Source: Anolis carolinensis (taxonomy: Eukaryota). Taken from it: DNA of 64,000 nucleotides. Below the pieces are notes generated by a model. The model had not been told where the DNA came from, did not search any database, and saw nothing but the letters and a program-made list of their open reading frames with translations. A program made the translations under genes and the position numbers. Each line of letters opens with the position of its first letter. Position 1 is the stretch's first letter. Of the stretch, positions 1-13,989 are shown one piece after another. Location: NCBI RefSeq assembly GCF_035594765.1, contig NW_026943825.1:16918590-16982589 (forward strand), read 5' to 3'.

Positions 1-169
1 AGCTGGGTTTGAGAATGCTGAATGAAATAGAAAAGAATAGCTTTAGTGTCGTGGTGCTATTGCACCATGAAATTCAAAGCCTTCCGCAGCACACACCCCA
101 AAACAACACGCCCAACCCTCCACACCCCAACCACCACCGCACAGCCTCCAATGTCACATCAGTGAGAAG

Positions 170-667
170 CCATGGCAGTGAGAATTGTTTATGCAAGGAA
201 TTGGAGACAAGAAAAGATACCTGACGTGGATCACTGGTTGACAAAATTAATGGAAATTAAGAATATGGATAAACCCTCATACTTACTTTCTAAACAACAA
301 GGATAACAAAGGAAAGTACAGATTGGCAACCTTTATTAAATTTTTTGGTAAAGGAAAAGTACATAAAAACAATATAACTATAGAAGGAATGGGGTATAAT
401 GTCAAGAACAAATAAGGAATATAGGGAAGCTATGACAACAATGAACACTGGAAACTTCGTGGAAGACACCCCGAATAACTATTTTCCAATATAGAGAAAG
501 ATGGAAGTCAAGGAAATTCAACACTTTTTATTTTATATTTTTTCTCTTTCTTTTCTCATTTTCCTACTTTACTTTAATTCACTATTGTTCCCCCACTTTC
601 ATTGTATTTCTTTTCAAAAAGTACATAAATCAAATCTGAGCAGCTGTAAAAAAAAAACAAAAAAAGA
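170..667 (+). mobile_element. 5'-truncated L1-clade LINE (ORF2 C-terminus, 3' UTR, A-rich tail)
   Basis: Translates as ..AVRIVYARNWRQEKIPDVDHWLTKLMEIKNMDK.., similar to the L1 ORF2 end at 25927-26250; ends in an A-rich tail at about 648-667. Boundaries approximate. Confidence 0.7.
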
Positions 668-794
668 CGGTCACAGCTCTGGCATAACAGCAGTCTCCCT
701 GAGCAATGCCTGTACAACAAGGGGTCATGGCCACGGAAGCCCCTTCCCTTCGCCCAAAAGGGGCGGGGCCTGCTGCTGTCACTCACTCACTCAC

Positions 795-1253
795 CGGGGT
801 GTCCCCCGCCAGGCGGGCGAGGAGGCCGAGCAGGGCATCGAGGTGCCGCGCATTCTTGCCCTTCAGCTCCTCGTACTTCCGCAGGAAGGTCTCCGGGCAG
901 CGAGAGCACTCTGCCAGCTTGGCCTGAGCAAACAGAGAAGGAAGGGAAAAGGGAAAGCTCTCAGGGCCGGAATCACTGGGTTGCTGTGAGTCTGACCAGA
1001 GCAACTGTGACCATTGCTCAAAGAAAAACATAAGATATTGGAACTGAGGCAGCCGAGCCAATGCTGAGGGAGTGGGAGGGGCCAAAGGGAGTACCTATTA
1101 GGCATGTGCAACAAATCGGATAATCTGGGATCAGATAATCTGGGATCAGATCCTGGGATAGAGGAGCAGTGTGGATCTATACACCGAGAGGGAGGGAGAG
1201 TGGTGGGAGGGGCCTGTGGTAGTGGGAGGGGCTGATGGGTGCCTCAATTTATT

Positions 1254-1284
<31 letters not shown>

Positions 1285-2102
1285 TGGGGTCCCTGGTGGC
1301 TCATTGTGTTAAAGCGCTGAGCTGCTGAACCTGTGGACTGAAAGGTCCCAGGTTCAAATCCCGGGAGCAGAATGAGCACCCGCTGTTAGCCCCAGCTCCT
1401 GCCAACCTAGCAGTTCGAAAACATGCCAATGTGAGTAGATCAATAGGAAGGTAACGGCGTTCCATGCAGTCATGTCCAGTGGCCACATGACCTTGGAGGT
1501 GTCTACAGGCAACGCCGGCTCTTCGACTTAGAAATGGATATGAGCACCAACCCCTCGTGTCGGTCATGACTGGACTTAACGTCTAGGGAAAACCTTTACC
1601 TTTACCTATGTATGTAGGGTGATGGGAGGGGCCGCAGGGAGTGGGCGGGGCCTGGGGCAGTGGGAGGGGCCGAAGGGAACATCTGTCTATTTCTATTTCT
1701 GTATCTATGTAGGCGGTGGGAGGGGCCTTCTTTGGGGCCCTTCAGCCCCGCCCACTGCCCCAGGCCCCTCCCACCACCCTTGGCTTCTCCAACCCTTCCA
1801 GCCCCTCCCACCCCCACAGGCCCCTCCCACCATTCTTCAGAGAGAGAGAGAGAGGACCATAGAGTCCTAGAGTGGGAAGAGACCCGGTGGGCGGGGCCGA
1901 AGGGAGTGGGCGGGGCCTGACCGACCTTGGCGGCGGCGGCGGCGGCGGCGGAGGGGGCTGCGGCAGGCCCCGCGCGGCCCTTCTGGAGCACCTCCACGAA
2001 GCCCTCCGCGCCCAGCGGGCCCCCCGCCCCGGCCTCGCCCCTCCGCAGGAGCAGCAGCCGCAGCAGCTCGTCCACGTCGCGGTGCAGCCGGAACTCGCTC
2101 AT
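795..2102 (-). CDS. TUBGCP2: Gamma-tubulin complex component 2, first two coding exons (gene continues beyond the window start)
   Basis: Exons 2102-1926 (MSEFRLHRDVDELLRLL...AAAK) and 923-795 (AKLAECSRCPETFLRKYEELKGKNARHLDALLGLLARLAGDTP), with GT-AG sites in phase 0. Matches the GCP2 N-terminus (MSEFRIHHDVNELLSLL..KIAEFSRTPEDFLKKYDELK). Head-to-head with ZNF511, as in mammals. Confidence 0.93.
1286..1607 (+). mobile_element. Sauria SINE
   Basis: tRNA-like head (ggtggc...ggttcaaatcc), core gtgagtagatcaatagg, and (ACCTTT)-type tail; inserted in (TATG)n. Confidence 0.85.
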
Positions 2103-2271
2103 GGCCGAGCCCGAGGGAACCCGGCCGGCGCCCGGAGCCCGCTCTTTTCCGTCTCCAGGCAACTAACCCTCCTCCCGCTTAGACCCGGAAGACAAGGGGC
2201 GGGGCCTCCCCTCTCGCTCCGCCCCTTCCGCCCAAACCAGAAGTCAAGGGGCGGCGCCTCCCTGAGGGGAA
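2103..2271. promoter_or_regulatory. Bidirectional CpG-island promoter of TUBGCP2/ZNF511
   Basis: 169 bp between divergent ATGs; CpG-rich; GC box ggggcgggg, ETS ccggaag, YY1-like aaatggcggc. Confidence 0.8.
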
Positions 2272-3625
2272 ATGGCGGCTCCCGCGGCAAGCACGTCGAC
2301 AGCGGGCTCCGTCCCGGGGCCTTTCCGCTTCCGCCCGGCGCGGCTCCGCTTCCCCGCCCACCACCCGTTCTTCGAGGTGACCGGATATTGGGGGAGGCAA
2401 AGAAAGCGGGAGGGAGGAAGGGAGGGGAAAAGGAAGGGCGCATGCGTCGTCTGCTGTGCGGTGCGCTCTCTCTATCGTCCGGCGGGGAAACCTCGCCCGA
2501 GAGGAAGGTTCCGCTTTTCCTGCTATTAAGCAGGCAAAGTACAGTAGAGTCTCACTTATAATAATAATAACAATAACAACTTTGTTTATATACCGCTCCA
2601 TCTCCTCGAGAGGACTCAGGGCGGTTTCCAGCATGAACATAAAAAACATTCAATTGTCAAAAAATACCACACAACAAAGTTCAACATAATACACATAATA
2701 AACGTCATAAGACAAAATCAAAACAATTCTATTAAAAAACAGACACAAATTTACAAATCCAAACCAATAAACTCCATCAAGGATTCCAAAACTACTAAAC
2801 AGAACTTCAAGGTACACATGGTCAATTATAAGGGATATAACATATAACTTATCCAACATAAACGGGCCGGCAGAACGTTGGATAAGCGAATATGTTGGAT
2901 AATAAGGAGGAATTAAGGAGAAGCCTATTAAACATCAAATTAGGTTATGATTTTACAAATTAAGCACCAAAACATGTTATACAACAAATTTGACAGAAAA
3001 GGTAGTTCAATACATGGTAATGCTATGTAGTAATTACTGTATTTTCGAATTTAGTACCAAAATATCATGATATATTGAAAACATTGACTACAAAAATGAG
3101 TTGGATAATCCAGAACGTTGGATAAGTGAGAGGCTACTGTACCACCAAAGCCCCCCCGACAGATGGCCATCCAGCCTCTGCATCATTATTTAGTAGAGTT
3201 AGAGGAGACCCCTAGAAGCCACGCAGTCCAACCGCTTTTGCCGTTATGCAAGAAAAGCACCAGCAAAGCCCCCCTCAACAGATGGCCACCCACCCTACAA
3301 AAACCTAGTGATTTGCCAAGGCCCTGGGCCGCCTCTGCCAAAGGATGCGGAACAACTACACATCCCAGGACCCCATAGCATTAAGCCAAAGCAACTGAAT
3401 TAGTGGTGGCCTTCTCTCTGGCCGCAGGAGGGCGATGTCCAGCGGCACCTGTCCCTCCGCCAGGCCACGCTGGCCCTCTCTGCAGCCCGGAGCCAGGACG
3501 AGGAGGAGGAGGAGGCCAAAGGACAAGGAGGAGAGGGAGCCCCGCTGGACGGGAGGTGGTGAGTGAACGGAGAGGCAAAGGGGGAGCGGCCCCATCCCCA
3601 TGCCGTTGCATGTGTGTGCATACAC

Positions 3626-3678
<53 letters not shown>

Positions 3679-6600
3679 GCAACTGCAAAAGGCCACCCGA
3701 CTGGGATCTGCACGCATCATCCAAAAATACATCACACAGTCCTAGACACTTGGGAAGTGTTCGACTTGTGATTTTGTGATATGAAATCCAGCATGTCTAT
3801 CTTGTTTGCTGTGTCATACAACAACAACAACACATCACACAGTCCTAGACACTTGGGAAGTGTTCGACTTGTTAATTTGTGATACGAAATCCAGCATATC
3901 TATCTTGTTTGCTGTGTCATAATAAAATAATAATAATAATACAAACTTTGTTTATACCCCGCCACCATCTCCCCACGGGGACTCAGGGCAGCTCACATGG
4001 GGCAAGGCCCGACTAGCACAATTCACAAAAACAACAGCATAAATACATTGAACAATATACAAAAAAAACCACAGTAAGACAACAAAACAAGAGTTAATAC
4101 AGCAGTAATAATATCAATCAACCACCAAGTGCAATTCAGTCGATTTCATTGGTGGGGGGGACTGCAGCAGCAATATAAAAATAACATCATCAGTTAAAAT
4201 ACCAGAATAAAAGGGACCTAATAAATTTCAGGATAGAGTGATAATGTTATAAACATGCCTCCCCTTCCCTCCTTCCTTCCTTCCTTCCTTCCTCCCAGGG
4301 CAGAGGTGCGGTGCCACTTCCAGGGCTGCGGGGAGGCCTTTGCCTCGCTGGCGGCCTTTGAGCACCACTACGAGCTGCTCCACCGGGACGCCTGCTCCGC
4401 CTGCCGCCGGGCCTTCCCCTCGCGGCGCCTGCTGGACCTCCACCTCCTGGAGCAGCACGGGGCCGCCCTCTTCCAGCTCCAGGCCCAGCAGCGCTGTATG
4501 GTAGGAGCTCCACGGCACCACACAAACCCTATTGGGGTGGGGACTGGGGGTGTCCCTGGCTGCCTGTGCCTCTGCTCAGAGGGTTTCCCTTCACTTCCCG
4601 TCCCTGTGATGATTTTGGGGGTTTTGGGGGATGTGGCTTGTTGTGGACACAAGGGCTCCTTTTGTAGCTACACCTCTTGCCCATAAAATATTACTATTAT
4701 TATTAATTTTATTTTTCTATCCCACCTCCATCTCCGCAAAGGCACTCGGGGCGGCTGACATGGGGCCACGCCCGAAGAACAAAACATGAACAGAGTTAAA
4801 ACATAAATAAACACGATCAACAAAACAGATCAAATAAAACACTACAAGAATTGAGTATTGTAAGTAAGCTATTTACTGAAGAATATATTTAAAAAGCCAA
4901 GCAATAAAAATGATTAAAAGGTAAAGTCATGTTTTACCTCACTTCCAAGGGGCAGGAATACAGCACAGGATACAAAAACACAAGGCAGATTAAATCCCAA
5001 AAGATAGGGCATCAGCTTGGTAACTGGAACCAGGAAAGAGTTATGAGAGCATAACTTGCCAGCAAAATCCATATAGAAAACTTAAGAGCATGAATAAGCA
5101 TGACAGACGTGAAACACCAACGTTGACTCCGATAATCCACAGGTTGAAACCCTTTCCCTTAAAAGGCCTCCTGCAATGAGAAAACCTGGGAGCTTTCTCT
5201 TTGTTTACAAAAGTCTCGCCTCCTATCTGCCAGCTCATTGCCCTCTGCAGTTGCATCTGTGCCTGAAGGTTCTCCTTCAGAAAAGCAGCCCCTTTCAGGA
5301 ATTTGGCCTTGAGGCTCCTCTGGCTGTAAGACAGGCCTGATCATACCATCATCCCCATTGCAATCAGACACAGGGCCAGAATCAGACACAAGCCCAGGCC
5401 CAGAATACTCAGTGACATCAGGCACTAACAGGTGACACAGGCTGAACTACGACACCAGGAGAGTGTCCACTGGCTCTCCCTCTGCTTCCTCCTTCTCTCT
5501 CTGTCTCCCTCCAGTTCCAGTGTCTAGTGGAGGGCTGCCCAGAGGCCTTCAGGAGCCCAGAGGACCGCAAGGAGCACCTCGTTGCTGCCCACTGCTACCC
5601 CCCGGACTTCCGCTTTGACAAGACCCCCAAACGCGGGAGGTACTTGACTCCACAGGGAGGGAGGGAGGGAGGCCCAATGGTTTCATCCCACTCCCATGGC
5701 ATTGTGCTCCTCCTCTTCCTCCTCCTCCTCCTCCTCCATTGAGGCCTTGTGGGGAAGGTTGGGGAGGGGAGGGCTCTCCTGCCTTTCAAAGGGCAGCCAC
5801 CACGTCGCTTGCCCCTCATCCCTCCCCTCTCTTCCGGCAGCAGAGCGAAGGCAAGGAGACCACGATCCGGGGAGGACGGCACTGCACCCATGGAGGTAGC
5901 GGACCAAAAGGAGATGGCGGAGGAGGCCATGGAAGAGGGGCCCAAAGGGTCCCGCCAGGCCCGGAGGCAGGTGACGCCCAGGTAGCGGCCCTTCCCATCC
6001 TGGTGGGCGGCTTTGTCTTTTGGGGGAGCCACTGTGCCAGAGAGGGGGGAAATATGTTCATGCGAGAGGATAATAATAATAATTTTATTTGTTATACCCC
6101 GCCCCATCTCCCCGAAGGGACTCGGGGCGGCTTACATGGGGCCAAGTCCAGTCATCAACAATATAATAACAAAGCAATAAAACTGGTCAAACAACAATAG
6201 AAGCAAGTCATAAAAAATTACATACAAAATATAATGAGAAAATCTTGTATTGGATCCAGAGGAACTGGGCCAAAAGTGCTAGTTGTCGATATCATCAGGG
6301 AGGGAGGGGTGGCTATCCAAGTTGTCATAGCCATTAAAGTCGTACATAAGGGCCGGGCTGTGGCGCAGCTGGCTAGTAACCAGCTGCTATAAATCACTAC
6401 TGACCGAGAGGTCATGAGTTCGAAGCCCGGGTCGGGTTAAGCCTCCGACCATTAATAGCCCCGGCTTGCTGTTGACCTATGCAGCCCCGAAAGACAGTTG
6501 CATCTGTCAATTAGGGAAATTTAGGGACGCTTTATGCGGGAGGCTAATTTACAACACCATAAAACTGCCAGCAAAACATGAGGAAAGGAATGAGGAAGTA

Positions 6601-7336
6601 CAGCCACTACTGGACAGTGAAGCAACAGCTCCCCCTGTGGCCAGAATCGTGAAGCTGGAAAAATGTTTAAAATGCCTCTGAGTCTGTCTAATGTATGTTG
6701 TTTGTCTGTTGGCATTGAATGTTTGCCATGTATGTGTTCATTATAATCCGCCCTGAGTCCCCTTCGGGGTGAGAAAGAAGGGCGGAATATAAATACTGTA
6801 AATAAATAAAATAAATAAGGGACTATTAATGAGTAGGCAACAGGTCGATCCTACTCAATCAGTTGCTGAAGGCCTGTTGGAAGAGCCAAGTTTTTAGGCT
6901 CTTCTGAAAGGAGAGGAGGGGAGGGGCCTGCCTGATCTCCCTGGGGAGCGAGTTCCAGAGCCCCCCTCCTGGCTCCCTGTGAAGAGGAAGCTTCAGGGCA
7001 GTGTTGGGGTAAATAAATAAACAAAACAAACAAAACACCCGCTGGGTAGGGACGCGAACTGTATTTCCTCTTGTCCTCCCTGAGCTGTGCACAGGACTGA
7101 TTGTCGTAAGGCAAGCAGTGAGATCCAACCTAAACACAGCAGAGTCTTGATCTGTAGTTAGCAGAGATTTACAGCACACAGCCTCCGTCCTCGTTTGCTG
7201 CTCGTCGCTTTAACAAGGGCCAGGCCTTGACCAGCTTTCTCTCCTCTTGCCTTCCAGAGTCCCCGCCAGCATTTCCTTTGGGCAAGGAGCCCCCCGGGCC
7301 TTTGAGGGCAGGAGCGGCAGGAGGAAGCGGCCCTGA
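2272..7336 (+). CDS. ZNF511: Zinc finger protein 511, complete, 6 exons
   Basis: Exons 2272-2376, 3428-3555 (or 3558), 4299-4500, 5515-5639, 5841-5981, 7258-7336, all in frame. Motifs PFRF..RFP..HPFFE/EGDVQRHL, CSACRRAFPSRRLLDLHLLEQH, FQCLVEGC..H.YPPDFRFDK, VPASISFGQGAPRAF. AATAAA at 7441-7446. Confidence 0.95.
2542..3139. mobile_element. Tc1/mariner-pogo-type MITE (TIR CAGTAGAGTCTCACTTATCCAA), interrupted by an antisense LINE-tail fragment
   Basis: TA-flanked TIRs; insertion at about 2559-2848. Confidence 0.75.
3678..3935 (+). mobile_element. Two tandem 3' ends of a Dong/R4-clade LINE in a (TAA)n microsatellite
   Basis: Matches the ORF end ([20 protein letters not shown]) and 3' UTR of the element at 44611-45495; preceded by (TAA)n at 3628-3677. 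Confidence 0.85.
6350..6818 (+). mobile_element. Anolis tRNA-derived SINE with L2-type tail
   Basis: gggccgggctgtggcgcag head, B-box gagttcgaagcc, tail ccgccctgagtccccttcgggg...(taaa)n. Confidence 0.8.
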
Positions 7337-7982
7337 ACAGAAGGACCGGCTGCTGGACGGCCCTCTCCCACGCTCTTCCCCTTTGCCCTTGGGCCTGGCC
7401 AGGAGTGGCCGGGGTCAGTCTTCTCAGGGGTGTGTTCAGAAATAAACCAGCATCCAGCCCATACAGTCGTGTTTCCGCTCTGTTCTGCACAGACGCCAAA
7501 GGGGAGGAGGGTGTATCCAAAAAGATATAAAATCCACGTTTCCAAATCAATTTAAACCAAGGGTCCTCAAACTTTTAAAGCAGAGGGAGCCGGTCCACAA
7601 TCCTTGAGACTGTGGAGGGGCCAAATTATCATTAAAAAAAACCAAACGAACAAATTCCTATGCACACTGCATGTGTCTTATTTGTAGTGCAAAACAATAA
7701 CAACAATAAAAGAACAATACAATATTTAAAAATGAAAACAATTGTAGCCAACACAAACCTATCAGGATTTCAATGGGAAGTGTGGGCCTGCTTCTGGCCA
7801 ATGAGATAGTCAAGTGAATTAGGATTGTTGTTGTTGTTGTGTGCCTTCAAGTCATTTCAGACTCTGGGTGAGCCTAAGTCTAAATTTATTTATTTATTCA
7901 TTTACTACATTTATTTACTATATTTATATCCCGCCCTTCTCATCCCGAAGGGGACTCAGAGCAGCTGTATGTACATACAATA

Positions 7983-8305
7983 CAGTAGAGTCTCACTTAT
8001 CCAACACTCGCTTATCCAACGTTCTGGATTATCCAACACATTTTTGTACTCAATGTTTTCAATATATTGTGATATTTTGGTGCTAAATTCATAAATACAG
8101 TAATTGCAACATAACATAACTGCGTATTGAACTACTTTTTCTGTCAAATTTGTTGTATAACATGATGTTTTGGTGCTTAATTTTTAAAATCATAACCTAA
8201 TTTGATGTGTAATACGCTTTTCCTTAATCCCTCCTTATTATCCAAGATATTCGCTTATCCAAGCTTCTGCCGGCCCGTTTAGTTTGGCTAAGTGAGACTC
8301 TACTG
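7983..8305. mobile_element. Tc1/mariner-pogo-type MITE
   Basis: TIR CAGTAGAGTCTCACTTATCC, TA target-site duplication. Confidence 0.85.
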
Positions 8306-8319
8306 TATATTGGAAACTA

Positions 8320-8845
8320 AGCAAGGGAGGTTTATATATCTGTGGAATTCCATACATGAATCAATCAGGGGCAGCTAACGACTCTGAACAAAGAATTCCT
8401 CCAGGCAGGAAGAAGCCAGGAGCTTGCTAGGCTATTCAATGCTAATCAAGGTGATTAATTACAACATTCACACTGGCCTCCTGCTGACAAGAGTTTGCTG
8501 TGTTTCTCAAGTGTTTTATAATGATTGTGATTTTTTAATGCCTTTAAAATTTATTTGTGTGTTTTTGTATTTGATATTATTGTATGTTAGTTTTATATCT
8601 GTAAGCCGCCCCGAGTCCCTCTGGGGAGATGGTGGCAGGGTACAAAAATAAAATTATTATTATTTTTTTATTATTATTATAAGAGTTCCTTCTCCCACCC
8701 TGGACATCATTCCACAGATATATAAACCTTCCTTTCTTAGTTTCCCATATACCTCACAGCCTCTGAGGATGCCTGCCATAGATGTGGGCGAAACATCAGG
8801 AGAGAATGCTTCTGGAGTATGGCCATGAAAGCTTTCGAGAACACA
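8320..8845 (+). mobile_element. Penelope-like element fragment (pLTR region), interrupted by a LINE tail
   Basis: Shares sequence with 13575-13954, including the hammerhead motif. Confidence 0.7.
8760..8800 (+). ncRNA. Minimal type I hammerhead ribozyme (degenerate stem III)
   Basis: CCT-CTGAGGA-T-GCCTGC(catagat)GTGGGC-GAAA-CATC-AGG. Confidence 0.6.
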
Positions 8846-9188
8846 TTAAACCAAATCCAATGAAACTTTGGCACTGCCTGTATTTGGGTCCGATATTTTT
8901 GACCTTCTGCAAGACCACCACAATATGAAAACATTCCAATATTGTGCTCGCATTTCCAACATTTGCAACATGTTGTGTATCTTAAGAGAGTCCCTCTGGT
9001 ATCAAATACACCAGTTCTTTCCAGTGTGGATTCTACGATGTTTACGTAGAGTCTGGTCTCCCTGTAAGGGCAATGTTAAAGATTTTCTCCCAGCACCCAA
9101 TAATTCTGGGGTCTTCTGTAAGACTACCATGGTATTGCAAGAACGTCCCAACGTGGTGCTCCTATTTTCAGAATTGCCTTTGTATGTC

Positions 9189-10448
<1,260 letters not shown>

Positions 10449-10774
10449 CTATTTTCTTTTCTGATCCAAAGTGAGTGTGGTAGTTCAGCACGATCAGGAC
10501 TTTGAGAAGATTTCTCCTTGAGTCCTATAGGACTGTTCTTTTTGTTTCCAAATTCCTCGATGCCCACCAGAAGCTGGTTTGTTTTCCTTCACGACAGAGC
10601 GGGATCCACAGAATCCTCATTTCCCTGGTCAAGAAAGAAAAAGCAAATGGTCAGGCATGAAGCCCAATGCCTCCTTTACCTCTTTCCCCTTCATGGGCCG
10701 TGTTGAAAATGGAAATACCAAGAAATGGTGGCGTGAAGGGGCTCACGGCCATACAAATAACTTTATTAATAACT

Positions 10775-11878
10775 GTGCCAGGCTGTGGCACAGGCTGGTT
10801 AGTAGCCAGCTGCAATAAATCACTATGACCAAGAGGTCATGAGTTTGAGGCCAGCCCATGTAGGAGTGAGCACCCAACCATTAAAATAAAAAATAGCCCT
10901 GCTCCTTGTTGACCTAAGCCACCTAAAAGATAGTTGCATCTATCAAGTAGGAAATTTAGGTACCACCTATGTGGGGAGGCTAATTTAACTAATTTATGTC
11001 ACCATAAAAATCATCCAGCAGCGTTTGGAATAAGGAAGTATCCAAGGACTCGGTGTCACAGTGGACGATGAAGCAGTAGCTCCCCCTGTGATCGGAATCG
11101 AGCATCCCCTCAGGAAGCTAGAATCGAGAATGTTAAATTGCCTCTGTGTCTCTGTCTCTATGTTCATATGGGCCGGGCTGTGGCGCAGGCTGGAAAGCAA
11201 GCCAGCTGCAACAAATCACTCTGACCAAGAGGTCATGAGTTCGAGGCCAGCCCGTGTAGGCGTGAGTACCCAACCATTAAAATAAAAAATAGCCCTGCTC
11301 CTTGTTGACCTAATTTATTTATTTATTTCCAACATTTATATCCCGCCCTTCTCACCCAAAGGGACTCAGGGCGGCGTACAAAATTGGCAACAATTCGATG
11401 CCTACACATAATTAAAACAGCAACCCAAAATATAGCTGCACTTATCAAGTAGGACATTTAGGTACCACCTATGTGGGGAGGCTAATTTAACTAATTTATG
11501 ACACCATAAAAATCATCCAGCAGCGTTTGGAATAAAGAAGTATCCAAGGACTCGGTGTCACAGGGGACGATGAAGCAGTAGCTCCCCCTGTGGCCGGAAT
11601 CGAGCATCCCCGCTGGAAGCTGGAGAATGTTAAATTGCCTCTGTGTCTCTGTCTCTATGTTCATATGGGCCGGGCTGTGGCGCAGGCTGGAAGGCAAGCT
11701 AGCTGCAACAAATCACTCTGACCAAGAGGTCATGAGTTCGAGGCCAGCCTGTGCCTGCGTCTTGTCTCTGTTCTATGTTATGGCATTGAATGTTTGCCTT
11801 TATGTGTGCAATGTGATTCGCCCTGAGTCCCCTTTGGGGTGAGAAAGAAGGGCGGAAGATAAATACTGTAAAATAAAT
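10775..11878 (+). mobile_element. Head-to-tail multimer of the Anolis tRNA/L2 SINE (3 heads)
   Basis: Heads at about 10775, 11170 and 11667; identical junction tgtctctatgttcatatgggccgggctgtggcgcagg twice. Confidence 0.8.
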
Positions 11879-12012
11879 TTATTTATTTAATTTATATACC
11901 ACCCTTCTCTCCCCAGTGGGAGAAGATACATTATTTGTATCCCGCCTCCATCTCCCCGAAGGGACTTGGGGCGGCTAACATGGGGCCAAGCCCAAAACAA
12001 TTACAATAAAAC

Positions 12013-12246
12013 ACTCCGGGAGCGGAGTGAGCGCCCGCTGTTAGCTCCAGCTTCTGCCAACCTAGCAGTTCGAAAACATGCCAATGTGAGTAGATCAATA
12101 GGTACCGCTCCGGCGGGAAGGTAACAGCACTCCATGCAGTCATGCCGGCCACTTGACCTTGGAGGTGTCTATGGACAATGCCGGCTCTTCGGCTTAGAAA
12201 TGGAGATGAGCACCAACCCCCAGAGTCAGACATGACTGGACTTAAC
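12013..12246 (+). mobile_element. Sauria SINE, 5'-truncated
   Basis: Core gtgagtagatcaataggtacc...gagcaccaacccccagag. Confidence 0.8.
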
Positions 12247-12644
12247 ACACGGCGACGGCACACGGCGACATCCAATAAAATGCTTATACAATAACAAAGT
12301 AAAATAAGACATAATAACAATAGCATGAAAAACAAAATATAAGAACAGTACAAAATTTTAAACGAGGCCAAGCTGGGCCAAAGTGCGAAGCGTAGAAATT
12401 GTAAAACCCGTGGATGAAATCGATCGACAGACAGAGTGCTGCATGTAGTGGGAAACTCATGTGGCATAAACAACGAGATTTTCCTCAACTGAGAGACAAG
12501 ATAAAGACCGCTTGACACCGGAACGGAACCAGGCAAAGGAATTAGTTATTCCATCTTCAAAAGCACACCGAAAGAGCCAAGTTTTTGCACAGAAACCAGC
12601 AAAGGTGATCACAAAATCATAAGCAGGAAGGTATATATATGTGT

Positions 12645-12689
<45 letters not shown>

Positions 12690-12919
12690 CACACACACAC
12701 AATATAATTTAAAATAATATATAATAATTATAACATATTGTATATACATATAATATTCATATTATATTGTAATATGAATATTATATTATATATTATATCA
12801 TATTACACACATATATATATATACACACAATATAATTTAAAATAATATATAATAATTATAACATATTGTATATACATATAATATTCATATTATATTGTAA
12901 TATTATATTATATTATATA

Positions 12920-13238
12920 CAGTAGAGTCTCATCCAACATAAACGGGCCGGCAGAACGTTGGATAAGTGAATATGTTGGATAATAAGGAGAGATTAAGGA
13001 GAAGCCCATTAAACATCAAATTAGGTTATGATTTTACAAATTAAGCACTAAAACATCATGTTATACAACAAATTTGACCGAAAAAGTAGTTCAATATGCA
13101 GTAATGCTATGCAGTAATTATTGTATTTACAAATTTAGCACCAAAATATCACGATGTATTGAAAACATTGACTACAAAAATGCGTTGGATAATCCAGAAT
13201 GTTGGATAAGCGAGTGTTGGATAAGTGAGACTCTACTG
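12920..13238. mobile_element. Tc1/mariner-pogo-type MITE
   Basis: TIRs and TA target-site duplication. Confidence 0.85.
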
Positions 13239-13574
13239 TACATATAATATTCATATTATATTGTAATATGAATATTATATTATATATTATATCATATTAT
13301 ATAATATTATATCATATTATAATACAATATAATACTAATAATACAATATAATATTAATTATATATTATATTTTACATGTAATATTACTAATAATATTACA
13401 GCATATTGATACAGTACAATATAGTAATTTATTGCCAGTATTGTACTATGTTAATAATATAATATTGTATGTAAATTTAATTTGTAAGCCGGGGTGAGAA
13501 GGGCGGCATATAAATGTAGCTAACAAATAAATAAATAAGCAGGAAGGTATGGATCCCTAAAGAAAGAAGACAGG

Positions 13575-13954
13575 GACTTCCCCAGGCAGGAAGCAGCCAG
13601 GCTTTGAATCGTCAAGGCCATTCCATGCCAATGAAGGCGGCCAATTGCAACACTCAGAGGAATTCCAGACAGGAAACAATCAGGGCCAGCTAACACTTCC
13701 CAACAAAGGATCCCCCCAGGCAGGAATGAAGCTTGCAAGGCTATTAATGCTCATCAAGGTGATTAATTACAACATTCACACTTGCGTCCTTTCTCCATAG
13801 ATCTCTAAACCTCCCTTGCCCTGTTTTTTTTTTCCCCAACAGACCTCGCAACCTCTGAGGATGCCTGCCAAAGATGTGGGCGAAACGTCAGGAGAGAATG
13901 CTTCTGGAGACATGGCCAGGCAGCCCGGGAAACTCACAGCAACCCTCTCCCGTT
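13575..13954 (+). mobile_element. Penelope-like element fragment (pLTR region)
   Basis: Homologous to 8320-8845; carries a hammerhead core. Confidence 0.7.
13852..13892 (+). ncRNA. Minimal type I hammerhead ribozyme with intact core
   Basis: Stem I CCT/AGG, CTGAGGA, stem II GCCTGC/GTGGGC, GAAA, palindromic ACGT stem III, GTC cleavage triplet at 13887-13889. Confidence 0.75.
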
Positions 13955-13989
13955 CGCTTGGCTTCCTTCCTTCCTTCCTTCCTTCCTTT

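Noticed and set aside
1286-1370. tRNA-like A/B boxes as tRNA genes
   Set aside because: They are SINE heads with no complete cloverleaf.
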